This document shows, piece by piece, positions 19,972 to 29,207 of a stretch of DNA of 63,997 nucleotides. Position numbers and translations under genes: made by a program. The notes under the pieces were generated by a model. The model did no database searches. It had not been told where the DNA came from and worked only from the letters and a program-made list of their open reading frames with translations. The DNA lies in contig DAORTR010000001.1 in NCBI GenBank assembly GCA_035432765.1, positions 1 to 63,997 of the forward strand. The letters run 5' to 3'. Within the stretch, counting starts at the first letter, position 1. Every line of letters starts with the position of its first letter. The stretch is from Pyrinomonadaceae bacterium (GTDB taxonomy: Bacteria; Acidobacteriota; Blastocatellia; Pyrinomonadales; Pyrinomonadaceae).

Positions 19972-20845
19972 GTGAACAAGAAACTTTTTCTCGCGTACGG
20001 CGGTTTGATCTTTATCGGCGCTATCATTTCCCTCGCTATCGTAACGGCAGGGATCGAGGCCGCAACAATTTTAAGCGAAGGGTTCGAGGCGGGCGGCAAG
20101 ACCGCATATGCGGGCGGCAACGTTACGCTCGGCACTGGAAGCTGGTATATGAACGACGCCCTGACCGGCAATTCTTCGAGCGACCGAAAGACAGGTTCGT
20201 ATTCCGCACGCGTCCGAAATACGGGCGCCGTTCGGATGAATTTTAATGTGTCGTCTGCCGGCACATTCTCGGTAAAGCATGCAAAATACGGCTCGGACGG
20301 TACGAGCGCTTGGGAGCTTTGGAAATCGACGAACAGCGGCTCTTCGTGGTCAAAAGTCGGCTCGACCGTAACGACAAGTTCAACATCGCTCACGACAGCG
20401 AGCTTTACGGTGAACTCGGCGTCTGCGGTTCGATTCGAACTGCGGAAGGTCTCCGGCGGTTCGAACCGCATAAACTTCGACACGGTCTCGATCACCAATT
20501 ACACCGCCGCAACGCCGACTCCGACTCCGACTCCAACCGCCACGCCGACTCCGACTCCAACGCCGCCGCCTTCGTCGAACGTTCATCTCACGATGGGCAA
20601 TCCGTCGAATGCCGCGACGAACGTCGGCACTCCGCTGAATTATCTGATGGAGAGATCGACCTACGCGCTCTCGTACAACAACACCGACCGCAGGCCGAAT
20701 TGGGTGTCGTGGCATCTTGCATCGACCTGGCTCGGCACAACGCCGCGGCAGGATGATTTCCGTGCGGACACGACGCTTCCGTCCGGTTGGTATCGCGTGC
20801 AGGGTTCGGACTATTCGGGTTCGGGATACGACCGCGGGCATATGT
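19972..20845 (+). pseudogene. secreted DNA/RNA non-specific endonuclease (Endonuclease_NS family), 3' part removed by prophage insertion
   Basis: GTG start after GGAGG, a signal/TM segment, a beta-sandwich-like N-domain, a Thr-Pro linker, then a nuclease domain ending at ...SGYDRGHM. The reading frame then runs into the prophage end repeats and stops at 20889. Confidence 0.75.
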
Positions 20846-20848
20846 TGT

Positions 20849-20959
20849 TGCGCAGATCGTTTTATGAAGTTGCGCAGATTGTTTTATGAACGGGGTTGGG
20901 AAAAAGTGCGCAGATTGTTTTATGAACAGCGGTGAAAAGTGCGCAGATTGTTTTATGAA
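20849..20959 (+). repeat. four direct 20-bp repeats TGCGCAGAT(C/T)GTTTTATGAA (candidate transposase end-binding sites)
   Basis: Copies at 20849-20868, 20871-20890, 20907-20926 and 20940-20959. Three are identical and the first differs at one base. A TG dinucleotide lies at 20843-20844. Confidence 0.85.
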
Positions 20960-21063
20960 CGGTGGGGGAGAATCGAGAGTTTGGCACTCTTCGGCGGTGC
21001 TTTGAGTAACCTTTGAATGGAGTTTGAAAATGACTTGGAGTGTTCAGGTTTCAAGAACGCCCT

Positions 21064-21273
21064 TCATTTGCGTCCAGCGTTCAGAAGCTCTTTGAGGTCA
21101 GCTTGTTTGTCTCGTTGAATCAACGACTCGAGAACCTGAGCGTTTACAAGCTGATGAACAGGCTCCACGATTTCGCCTACGATAGCATCCTCGTTGTTAT
21201 CGGCACTTGTTGTGCCTTTGCCTGCGGAAAGTTCCTTGCGATCGCCCTGTCGCTTGTCTCTAGATCTAGCCAT
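21064..21273 (-). CDS. hypothetical small protein (lower-GC end region)
   Basis: 69-aa ORF co-oriented with its neighbours, with a disordered N-terminus and a helical C-terminus. A competing + strand ORF (21040..21300) cannot be excluded. Confidence 0.35.
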   Translation of the reverse strand: MARSRDKRQGDRKELSAGKGTTSADNNEDAIVGEIVEPVHQLVNAQVLESLIQRDKQADLKELLNAGRK

Positions 21274-21303
21274 ATACGTGTTTGGAATTTGCTCCGTTGA
21301 AAG

Positions 21304-21576
21304 CTAGAAGCTGGGTTTCAACCTTCTGATTACATTTGCCCTCGCCGGGTCAGTTTTTTCGACGATGACAGCTTCCGCCTCTCTTTCCAAATCGGTAATA
21401 GCATCTTTGGCACGCTTCAATTGATTGACAAGGTCTTGCTTGGAGTCTGCCTCGTGACCGGGCGTGACGATGTTCTTCTGAGCCGCGTCCGATGCCGCGC
21501 CAAACGCTTTTGTGATCTCTCGCAGTACTAAGAGGCGAATTTCGTCCGTCATGTCTTTGTCAAGTTTGGTTTCCAT
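21304..21576 (-). CDS. hypothetical protein
   Basis: 90 aa from METKLDKD..., predicted helical. A TTGCAT ... TACTAT promoter-like pair lies just upstream. Confidence 0.5.
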   Translation of the reverse strand: METKLDKDMTDEIRLLVLREITKAFGAASDAAQKNIVTPGHEADSKQDLVNQLKRAKDAITDLEREAEAVIVEKTDPARANVIRRLKPSF

Positions 21577-21622
21577 AGGCAAATAGTATCGAACAAAGTT
21601 CGTGTAGAATGCAATACAGTCC

Positions 21623-21991
21623 CTACTTTGCATTACATTTTGAGCACGGGAGCATTCGCCAACGCATCCAGTCGTACTGCGCGTCAGGATAAACCTCGGT
21701 GCGGATGAACCGCTCGTTGCCGCAGGCGACGCAATCGGGCAGCTGCGGCTTCGAGGCGGGCTTTGGCGGCGACGCGGCGGCCTTCATCGGCATCGCCTCG
21801 CGGTCGCTGTCGAGCCAACGGAGCAGGCGGCGACGCGTCGGCGTAACCCGTTTCTGGCGACACCAATCGAACATCTTCCGATGCATCGCACGGACATCTA
21901 TGCCGCGATTCTCCGGCTGCGAACCGAGCCATGCGAGCCACTCATGGTCGCCTAGATCAGGCCGCGTTTTTTGCTCCTTCTTCGCCATCAC
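21623..21991 (-). CDS. hypothetical protein with C-terminal CxxC...CxxC zinc-ribbon (in the tail-fibre-assembly position)
   Basis: 122 aa. Its start overlaps the fibre gene stop (ATGA). Cysteine pairs are CVACGN and CSKCN. Confidence 0.55.
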   Translation of the reverse strand: MMAKKEQKTRPDLGDHEWLAWLGSQPENRGIDVRAMHRKMFDWCRQKRVTPTRRRLLRWLDSDREAMPMKAAASPPKPASKPQLPDCVACGNERFIRTEVYPDAQYDWMRWRMLPCSKCNAK

Positions 21992-24804
21992 GAACCTAGC
22001 TCGACGATCCAGTTGTCGCCGTCGGCAACGACGCCGGCGGCAGTTACAACCGCGTCGAACGTTACGGTCGGCGACGCGAGATGATAGAGTTTGCCGTCGC
22101 CGCCGTATGCCCGTGCATCGACGTACTTGACCGGCACGGCCATCTCGTTATCGAACTGCGTCGTCGCCGGTAACGCACCCTTCGAACCTGTATATTTAAT
22201 ATGTCCGCGACGGTTGATGTAGTTTTTCAGCGTCGGAGCCGACGATCCGTTCGGCGTAACTTTGTGGATCAAACAGCGTTTCGCGTCCGACGGCAAAATG
22301 ACATCGCTCAGGATAAGCGTGCCGTCGCGATTCAGATAGAGAGCCTTCACGATCGACGGAGCGTTGTAGTGGATCACTGTGCGTGTTTCCAACTCAACGC
22401 CGTTCTGGTCGAAGATCTCGATCGCCTTTGCGAGGACCGGTTTCGACGTCGTGAGGTTATACATCGTGAATCTCACCTGTCGGCTGCCCTGATCCGAGTT
22501 GGCGAGGAAGGTTGTTTCCGGCGTGATCTCGTGCCATGTATCGCCCGAGTCAAAGCTGGCCTCAACGAGAAGGTTTGAGCGGTTCCACGAACCGACGAGG
22601 CTGATCAAGTAGCCCTTGAGGTCCCAACTCGCGGTGTGCGGATCGAGGATAAACTGTGCAAAAGTCGAGGCGTCGGATATCGTGATCGCCTCGACGCCAT
22701 TGAACGTCGTCGCGATCACGCCGCCCTGTTTTGACGAGTAGATGCGGGTCTTCGCGTCAGAGAATTCGCCGTGGCCTGCGAAGAAAAACGCGCTTCCCGA
22801 CGGCAGGTTTCCAACGCCGCCGATCGTCGAGCAAAAGCCGGGATCTTGAACGGGAGCGAATGTCGCGTCCCACGAAGTCCATTTCGTGCCGGCCCACAAA
22901 AGGCCGCCGAGAACAGATGCCGGAGTCAACTCCCAAACCTTCGCCTTTGTCCTATCGCTATCCTTCGTGAGAACGCTGCCGACGAGCAACGCACGTCCGT
23001 TGACGTTCGCCATTCTGAAACGCGATATCGGTTGCTGCACGGCGGCCGTTCCGGCGTACGGGGACGCGACCGCGAGTTTCGTCCACTGGAGCGTCGTGCG
23101 GTCGAAAACATAGGTCGCTCCGCTCGAGCTGACGCCCGGCGTTGACGCTACGAGAACGAACTTGTCTTGAGCGTAGTAACAGCCGGCGGCGTAGTCGATC
23201 TCAAGGACGGGGACATACCCGGTCGTGCCGAGCAGCGTGAACACATTCGTAACTGTGTTGAACTCCCAGAAATCGGCTTCCGTGCCGGTTATCTCCCGGC
23301 GCAGTGCGACGAGGAAAATGTGCGTCGGCGAGATCAGGTCGCCGAAGAAGCAAACGCCCGTCGGCAGCGTTCCCGAAAGCTCGGCGACGAGAGCGGTCGA
23401 GGCATTCACTCTGAAAACTCGCGGGGTTGGGTCGGCCTCGCTTCCCGCGATGAATAGGACATTCGAGCCGTCGCCGTAGGGAATCGCACACGGCCGTCCG
23501 GTCGTCGGGAGCGAGATCGACGGCGTTCGCTGCGTGAGCGTGTCGGCCTGCGTGTCGTAGGTGAACCAGTCCGAAAGCTGCGACGTGTTATCGACGGACA
23601 AACCGCCGAGCACTTCGATGTATCGTCCGTCTCGGGCCGCCGTTGCCGGACGCGAACGAGCAGACGGCATCACCGCCGAACGCTGCACAAAATCGGTGAA
23701 ACCGTCGGCGGCGATCTGCGTGATGTTCGCAAGCACGAGATTCGTGGTCAGGCTCTCGCGTGCGGCTCCGCCGGATGCTTGTGCGAATCGCGCATTCAAA
23801 GCGTTGTCCTTAAACATTTGGGGCAAGATCGGCACCTCAACGTTCCCGAAGAAAACCTTAGCTCCGATCTCCATTTGAACCGTCGGGATCGTGCTGACGA
23901 CGGTGCCTGTCGACGGCACCTGCGACGACGCCGGAGAGGTGAGAGCGACCTTTGCGTTCGCGTAGCGTATCTCCGGCAGTTGAGCCAGCGAATCGATCTG
24001 CCCTTGCAACGCGGCGAGGATGTCGCCGAGCGTTCGGATCTCGCCGAAAATGTGCGAGAGATCAATCGGGGAGTTTGCGAGGCGTTCGAGTTGTGCAACG
24101 CGACGCGTGAGGTTTGCGAGGTCGATACGGTCCTGACCGACGAGGTTGTTCAGCTCGCGGAGAGTCAGTACGATGTCGCGCAGGTCGAGCACGTCAGCGT
24201 CGCGGATCGACGTGGAGCCGGGAGCGACGATGATCAGATAGAGCGGCACTTCGTTGGACGCGTGAGTCGGCGGCGTAGGAACGGTTGCAGGCGTTCCCGT
24301 TTTTATAATGGGAACCGCACGCCAGCTTCGTTCGACGGCTGCGGTCTTGTTCGTCGGCGGGTACGCCGGCACGTTCGCACTGAACTCGTCGCTCGTGCGG
24401 AGCCGGACGAACGGGATCGGTGCGATGGCGGCATCGACGGCGTCATCGAGCGTTGCGACAACAAGATCGAGCCTCGGGAGCAGAGCGTCCGCAGGTGCGA
24501 TCGTGAGCGTCGTGGACGCTCCGAGATCATAGGTAACGCCAGCTTGCGAGTGCACGCGGCCGGGAGTTTGGATAGAGACGTTGAACGCCGTGCCTGCACC
24601 GAGCGAGTACGCAAAGCCGCTGATCTCGGACGGTCGCAGTCTGTTTATAAAATCCGACAATATGCTGTTGATCCGCTCATGCACAAAATCTTGAGCCTTC
24701 ATCAGATCGTTCGGATCGCTGACCTGACCGAACGTCACACCACCTTCTACCAGTGTTTGAACTACGCTTTTTTTCATATAATTTTCAGTTTGCCCAGACG
24801 ACAA
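21988..24804 (-). CDS. tail fibre / receptor-binding protein with Kelch-like beta-propeller-type repeats
   Basis: 938 aa, the last large gene of the baseplate operon. It has a central coiled-coil-like segment and repeated ...VF(R/D/E)xN/T...W(T/E)xL... units. A TTG start at 24804 or an ATG at 24777 is possible. Confidence 0.65.
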   Translation of the reverse strand: MSSGQTENYMKKSVVQTLVEGGVTFGQVSDPNDLMKAQDFVHERINSILSDFINRLRPSEISGFAYSLGAGTAFNVSIQTPGRVHSQAGVTYDLGASTTLTIAPADALLPRLDLVVATLDDAVDAAIAPIPFVRLRTSDEFSANVPAYPPTNKTAAVERSWRAVPIIKTGTPATVPTPPTHASNEVPLYLIIVAPGSTSIRDADVLDLRDIVLTLRELNNLVGQDRIDLANLTRRVAQLERLANSPIDLSHIFGEIRTLGDILAALQGQIDSLAQLPEIRYANAKVALTSPASSQVPSTGTVVSTIPTVQMEIGAKVFFGNVEVPILPQMFKDNALNARFAQASGGAARESLTTNLVLANITQIAADGFTDFVQRSAVMPSARSRPATAARDGRYIEVLGGLSVDNTSQLSDWFTYDTQADTLTQRTPSISLPTTGRPCAIPYGDGSNVLFIAGSEADPTPRVFRVNASTALVAELSGTLPTGVCFFGDLISPTHIFLVALRREITGTEADFWEFNTVTNVFTLLGTTGYVPVLEIDYAAGCYYAQDKFVLVASTPGVSSSGATYVFDRTTLQWTKLAVASPYAGTAAVQQPISRFRMANVNGRALLVGSVLTKDSDRTKAKVWELTPASVLGGLLWAGTKWTSWDATFAPVQDPGFCSTIGGVGNLPSGSAFFFAGHGEFSDAKTRIYSSKQGGVIATTFNGVEAITISDASTFAQFILDPHTASWDLKGYLISLVGSWNRSNLLVEASFDSGDTWHEITPETTFLANSDQGSRQVRFTMYNLTTSKPVLAKAIEIFDQNGVELETRTVIHYNAPSIVKALYLNRDGTLILSDVILPSDAKRCLIHKVTPNGSSAPTLKNYINRRGHIKYTGSKGALPATTQFDNEMAVPVKYVDARAYGGDGKLYHLASPTVTFDAVVTAAGVVADGDNWIVELGS

Positions 24805-25387
24805 AAACCTCCTGCGAGTGCGGCTGCACGTACCGTATAAGTTCTAAAATTTCCCACGTTGTAAAGAGCGGTCGCGGCGTAACATAGTAGCTCTCGCCCC
24901 ACGCGCCCTCGTCGGTGAAACACATATCCATCGAGCCTGCCCGAATCTCCATGATCTCGACGACGATGTGGAGCGGTTCCCTGATCGCGAAGGAATTCTC
25001 GCCCCAGACGAACTCGTCCCACGGCTGAGTGCGGGTGTGTACGCGGGCAACGATTCCGAAATCCGCGAGCCACGCTTCGATGCCGCGTGCCGTCCCCTTG
25101 CGTCCCAAATGCCGTCCAAAGTGCGAGTAAAGTCGTCGCATTTCAAACAGCGTGAACCACCACGGAAACCACGACCAGCCAAAAAGAACGTAGAGCCAGA
25201 ACCGCACCCATTTTTCCGCAGCGGTCGCCGACGCGATCGACGCGTGAAACGCATCGTAACCGTCGTCCCATCCGTCGAGCATCTCACCCGGCGTTTGCAG
25301 GAACCGACGCAGGAACGTATCGGCGTCCGCCCGCCGATATCGGGACGGGAGATGCTCGTAAATGTAGAGTCCGTTATCAACCGACAT
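24785..25387 (-). CDS. baseplate/tail protein I-like (P2 gpI / Mu gp48 position)
   Basis: 200 aa. The N-terminal LPSRYRR motif is typical of the phage tail protein I domain. It follows the J-like gene with an overlapping start. Confidence 0.65.
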   Translation of the reverse strand: MSVDNGLYIYEHLPSRYRRADADTFLRRFLQTPGEMLDGWDDGYDAFHASIASATAAEKWVRFWLYVLFGWSWFPWWFTLFEMRRLYSHFGRHLGRKGTARGIEAWLADFGIVARVHTRTQPWDEFVWGENSFAIREPLHIVVEIMEIRAGSMDMCFTDEGAWGESYYVTPRPLFTTWEILELIRYVQPHSQEVFVVWAN

Positions 25388-26600
25388 GGAGCGTTACAGT
25401 TACCAACCTCGGAACCTGAAATTCCTGCAAAAACGAATCGGCGAGCGGCGCCGCTATGATCGGCGTGGGAGCCGTGCGGTCTGCCGTTGGATCATAAACC
25501 GCGACGATCCGATCAACGCCGGCCGTGCCCTCGATTACCGTGATGATCTCGCTTCGCAGGATCGGTCTGCCGAAGTTCTCGCGTGCAGCGGCGTAAAACG
25601 CCCGCAGGTTTTTCTCGACGTTCGTGAGCACCGACCCTTCGGGCGATCCCGTTCGGACGCGGATCGTTGCCTCGATGTCAAAATTTATAAACACAGGATC
25701 CACGATATACGTGAACTGATTACCGACGCACTGCTCGGCGAGGGCTGAACAACGGTCCCGCATCGTCGCATCGATCGGGTCTCCGGCGGTCGTCATCACG
25801 ACCGCGGTCGTATGCCCAACGAGCAGTTCGCCGGTCGTGAATTCGCCGTTGCGAATGAAGGGGAAAACCCGAACGACGCCGTTGCCGTCCAGAGCCTCAT
25901 CAGCGATCGCTTCTTCGAGATCCATCACCGTAACGATCCGCTCGCCGCGACGCATATACTGACGAACGCGTTCGAGCGTTGCCTGCACGGCCTCGATCTC
26001 GGTGCCTGCGTCGATCGCCGACGGATTGCGGACGCTCGAAACATACGCCGGAACATCGACAAGTTCGGTCAGCACGTTTGCTGATAACAGCGTGTGTCCC
26101 GTAATGCTCCGCTCGGCCTGCACGGTGCCGCTCGGATTTCCGTACACGATAGTAAGGGCCGCGGTCGTCGTAAAAATATATGTTCCCGTCGCGTCCGAGA
26201 TTTCTGTGCCCGCCGGTACGACAACGTCCGTGCCTGCCGGTGGATCCACCGTGAATTCAAGTATCGTCGTCGCTCTCGTCGCCGGGCGGCGTTCGATGCC
26301 GAAGAGGTTTGCGAACGCGATGAGATTCTGTTCCGGGATACGGTTGAACCTATATGCCTGCTGTGAAATTGCCCATGAGATCGCCTCGAGCAGAACGGTA
26401 TGCGGAGCCGACGGGTTGGCGTTCGTCAATTCCGGACAGACAGGCGTATCGAGTCCCGCCGCGATTTGCGTGAGCAACTCGCGACGAGCCGCGATCTGTG
26501 CCTCCACGATCTCGGTCGTCAGGCCGCCCGACGTCCGCGAGATCATCAATGCCGCACGGCGCTCTTCACTAGTGTCGTCAATCAACGGATATTCGATCAC
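25377..26600 (-). CDS. baseplate J-like protein (P2 gpJ / Mu gp47)
   Basis: 407 aa. Size, position and sequence pattern fit the Baseplate_J family. Confidence 0.8.
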   Translation of the reverse strand: MIEYPLIDDTSEERRAALMISRTSGGLTTEIVEAQIAARRELLTQIAAGLDTPVCPELTNANPSAPHTVLLEAISWAISQQAYRFNRIPEQNLIAFANLFGIERRPATRATTILEFTVDPPAGTDVVVPAGTEISDATGTYIFTTTAALTIVYGNPSGTVQAERSITGHTLLSANVLTELVDVPAYVSSVRNPSAIDAGTEIEAVQATLERVRQYMRRGERIVTVMDLEEAIADEALDGNGVVRVFPFIRNGEFTTGELLVGHTTAVVMTTAGDPIDATMRDRCSALAEQCVGNQFTYIVDPVFINFDIEATIRVRTGSPEGSVLTNVEKNLRAFYAAARENFGRPILRSEIITVIEGTAGVDRIVAVYDPTADRTAPTPIIAAPLADSFLQEFQVPRLVTVTLHVG

Positions 26601-26839
26601 GCCGCCCTCCGTCCGATATATCCCGGCGGCAGTTTCGACGCTGCACGCTCGAAGTCCTCACGCCCGTCCCATGAGTTGTGGATGATCATCGTTCGTCCCT
26701 CGACATCGTGACTGATCCGCGGACGGCACGCGCATCCGGTTTCCGGGATGTGATCCAATTCTTCGCCGCGAGGGCGAATATCGACCTTGTCCGCATAGGT
26801 GTCGCGACACCAACCTTTTCCAGATTTCCTAGTTTCCAT
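26597..26839 (-). CDS. small Cys-containing hypothetical baseplate-operon protein
   Basis: 80 aa from METRKSGKGWC.... Its stop overlaps the J start, and it fills the otherwise non-coding W-J gap. Confidence 0.4.
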   Translation of the reverse strand: METRKSGKGWCRDTYADKVDIRPRGEELDHIPETGCACRPRISHDVEGRTMIIHNSWDGREDFERAASKLPPGYIGRRAA

Positions 26840-27227
26840 ATCTCCACACCGGATAGACCAGATTTCGCGGTGCCGCGATCGTGTCCACCCTTCGATACGT
26901 GACGTGTGCCTCGCATCGTCCCTCAACGTCGATCTCCGTCCGCACGGCGGCCGATCTTACGAGCGGCACATAACGCGTTATCTGACTCTCTAAATGAGCG
27001 GCGAAGCGATGTTCGAACGCTCCATCGACAACGGCAAAAACATAATCATCGATCCCGTAGTCAGGCAACATCACGCGTTCGCCGCGTCGCGTCTCGATAA
27101 TGTCGGCGATCGCCTGTTCGATCTCGTCATCGCGTCGGTCGAGCGTAACGATCGTGCCGCGTGCATCGACGCGGAAGGGAAAATCGACTGTGGCTCCCGT
27201 AACTATCATCGTTTCGTAAACTATCAA
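26829..27227 (-). CDS. baseplate wedge protein, GPW/gp25 family
   Basis: 132 aa. Contains IADIIETRRGERVMLPDYG, the characteristic GPW_gp25 motif. Confidence 0.85.
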   Translation of the reverse strand: MIVYETMIVTGATVDFPFRVDARGTIVTLDRRDDEIEQAIADIIETRRGERVMLPDYGIDDYVFAVVDGAFEHRFAAHLESQITRYVPLVRSAAVRTEIDVEGRCEAHVTYRRVDTIAAPRNLVYPVWRYGN

Positions 27228-27892
27228 ATGGACGGTCCCGATTTGTTGACCGTCCGTCCCTCAAGCGTCAGATTTCCGCCTGCCGAAACTGCGACGTTGC
27301 CGCCGCCGTGGATCGTGCAATTTCCGCTCGCGTCGATCTGGATCGTTGAGCCGTTGGCACTCAGTTGACCGCTTGCTGAAAGGCGTATCTCATTGCCGAT
27401 AACGCGAGCCAATGCAGCGGCGATCACATCGACGTCGTTGCCCTTGAACTCGCCCAACTGTTCGGCCTCGCAGTGAACGTTTTGCCCCAGCAGTTTCAGC
27501 AGCGTCGTTGCGATCGCGGTAACGTCGCCCGGACCTCGGAACCCGACGCTCATCTCGGAGTCCATCGCAGGCGGCACGGCCATTTTCTCGTTGTATAACG
27601 AGGCGTAAAAAAGGTTATGTTTCTGGCCTAATTGTCCGAACACGACGACCTCGCCGCCTTTCGGCGGTATAAACGCCGAGCCGAAACCGTCGCCGAGGCA
27701 AAAGACCATCTGCCGGGCCCACTCGTCATAGATCATCGCTTCGTCGATCGACGGAATGATGAGCTTCACTCGATGCTGTCGATCTGGATCGGCATTGTCA
27801 GCAACGAGTGCCGGAACGCCCATCAGCCAGCAGCCGTCGTCCGCTATCGACGCTCTGCCCGCTTTTTTCATTTCTCCAAACAGGTTTCTCAT
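27224..27892 (-). CDS. baseplate spike/assembly protein V (P2 gpV / Mu gp45-like)
   Basis: 222 aa with an OB-fold-type N-terminus (VPALVADNADPDRQHRVKLIIP) and a C-terminal beta-helix-like repeat. Confidence 0.8.
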   Translation of the reverse strand: MRNLFGEMKKAGRASIADDGCWLMGVPALVADNADPDRQHRVKLIIPSIDEAMIYDEWARQMVFCLGDGFGSAFIPPKGGEVVVFGQLGQKHNLFYASLYNEKMAVPPAMDSEMSVGFRGPGDVTAIATTLLKLLGQNVHCEAEQLGEFKGNDVDVIAAALARVIGNEIRLSASGQLSANGSTIQIDASGNCTIHGGGNVAVSAGGNLTLEGRTVNKSGPSI

Positions 27893-28950
27893 TCTGCGAT
27901 GTCCCGATACAGATCCAGCGATATGGACAGCTCGCCGGGCCCGAACTGAAAATTTACGGTGTCAGCGATGTACGAACCGCTGAAGAGTTTCCCTACATTC
28001 TCGATCGCGATCGTCTGCCGTGCGTCCGGAATTTCTTTGCGGTCCGTCGGAAAGATGGTCTCGACGCGTGCGTGAAACGCGTGTTCGCGGTCAAGCTCCT
28101 TTTGTGCGGCCGCTCGTTTCGAGAGCTTTGATTTCGTGGCCTTGCCCGGAACGTCGCGTTTGACAACGAGATCTTCGCGGCCACGGGGCGAGATGCCCGA
28201 CGCTCCTTCCAACTGTTTGCCCGCCGAACCGCGTCCGCGTTGACGAACGACCTTTGGGCGGCCGTCGCGATTCTCCGGCGTGTGAAACGCAAAATTCCAG
28301 CCGCGACGCAGGCGAATGTCGCCTCGGTTTTTGAGCGTCATAACAGGCGACGAAACCTTTGCCGGACGCTGAGCGAACAGCGTGTCGCCGCGAACAAAAA
28401 GCACGAGGCCGGCGTCGCGGGCGAGTTCCAGCGAGTGATCCCAATCCGTCGCTTCGTCCTGCATAGTGGCGTTTCGCGGGCCGAGGTTCAGCGGCGTTTC
28501 AGGACCTTCGAAGTTCAGGCCGTTTCGTTTAGCGAGTTCGCGTATGATCGCGAGTTCGTCTTTTTTGTTCTTGTATCCGGCCTTTTTTTCGAGCTTCATT
28601 TTGAACGCCATATCGAACGCCGTGAACACCGTCGAAGCCTGCTCGCGGCGAACCTCGCCGAGCAGTCCTTTGAAAACCGGCTCGCCCAATTCCTGTCCAA
28701 ACCCCATCCAAACCTTGACAGTTGACATCGGAACCGGCGAGCTTCCGGCGAAACTGTCGATGAGCGAAAAGCGCGGATCGAAGATCGTCCATTCGGCCTG
28801 CGACGTTTCGTTCGATACGAGGTCAACGGTCGCACTCTGGAACAATCGCGGCATATCCCACGAATCATACGTCGCCGTTCCCTGACCGTCCGAAAAATTC
28901 GGACGTTCGATCTCGACGATCGCGTGCGGATTTGCAGGGACCTTCGTCAT
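27889..28950 (-). CDS. baseplate hub protein, P2 gpD / Mu gp44 (late control D) family
   Basis: 353 aa. Position and size fit, as does the sequence pattern (FDPRFSLIDSF ... LFVRGDTLF). Confidence 0.75.
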   Translation of the reverse strand: MTKVPANPHAIVEIERPNFSDGQGTATYDSWDMPRLFQSATVDLVSNETSQAEWTIFDPRFSLIDSFAGSSPVPMSTVKVWMGFGQELGEPVFKGLLGEVRREQASTVFTAFDMAFKMKLEKKAGYKNKKDELAIIRELAKRNGLNFEGPETPLNLGPRNATMQDEATDWDHSLELARDAGLVLFVRGDTLFAQRPAKVSSPVMTLKNRGDIRLRRGWNFAFHTPENRDGRPKVVRQRGRGSAGKQLEGASGISPRGREDLVVKRDVPGKATKSKLSKRAAAQKELDREHAFHARVETIFPTDRKEIPDARQTIAIENVGKLFSGSYIADTVNFQFGPGELSISLDLYRDIAE

Positions 28951-29201
28951 ACCGATTCGTACCGTCCTTTTTCGAGCGGCCTTGCGGGGATCACGAGCAC
29001 CGTGCCGGGAGCGATCGCACGAACATCCGCGATCTCGTTTCTATCCGCGATCACACGCCACAGCCGCCAGTCCTCGTAGTAACGATCCGAAAGCTGCGAA
29101 ACGGTCTCGCCCGTTACGACCGTGTGCAGACGCAGCCGCGAATCCCGTTCAGGCGTTGAGCGGCCGTATCTCTCGTATGGGCTGATAGATCGTCGCGGCA
29201 T
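28947..29201 (-). CDS. LysM-type tail protein X
   Basis: 84 aa. LysM-like HTVVTGETVSQLSDRYY...WRVIADRNEI...APGTVLVIP. Confidence 0.8.
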   Translation of the reverse strand: MPRRSISPYERYGRSTPERDSRLRLHTVVTGETVSQLSDRYYEDWRLWRVIADRNEIADVRAIAPGTVLVIPARPLEKGRYESV

Positions 29202-29207
29202 ATAACG

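Noticed and set aside
20506-20572. Short tandem DNA repeat (ccgactccgactcc...), considered as a possible CRISPR array or tandem repeat.
   Set aside because: It is in frame inside the nuclease gene and encodes a Thr-Pro linker (TPTPTPTPTATPTPTPTPPP). There are no spacers and no repeat-spacer periodicity.
21988-24804. A diversity-generating retroelement targeting the fibre gene.
   Set aside because: No reverse transcriptase gene is present anywhere in the window, and no template/variable repeat pair was noticed by eye. A systematic repeat search was not possible.
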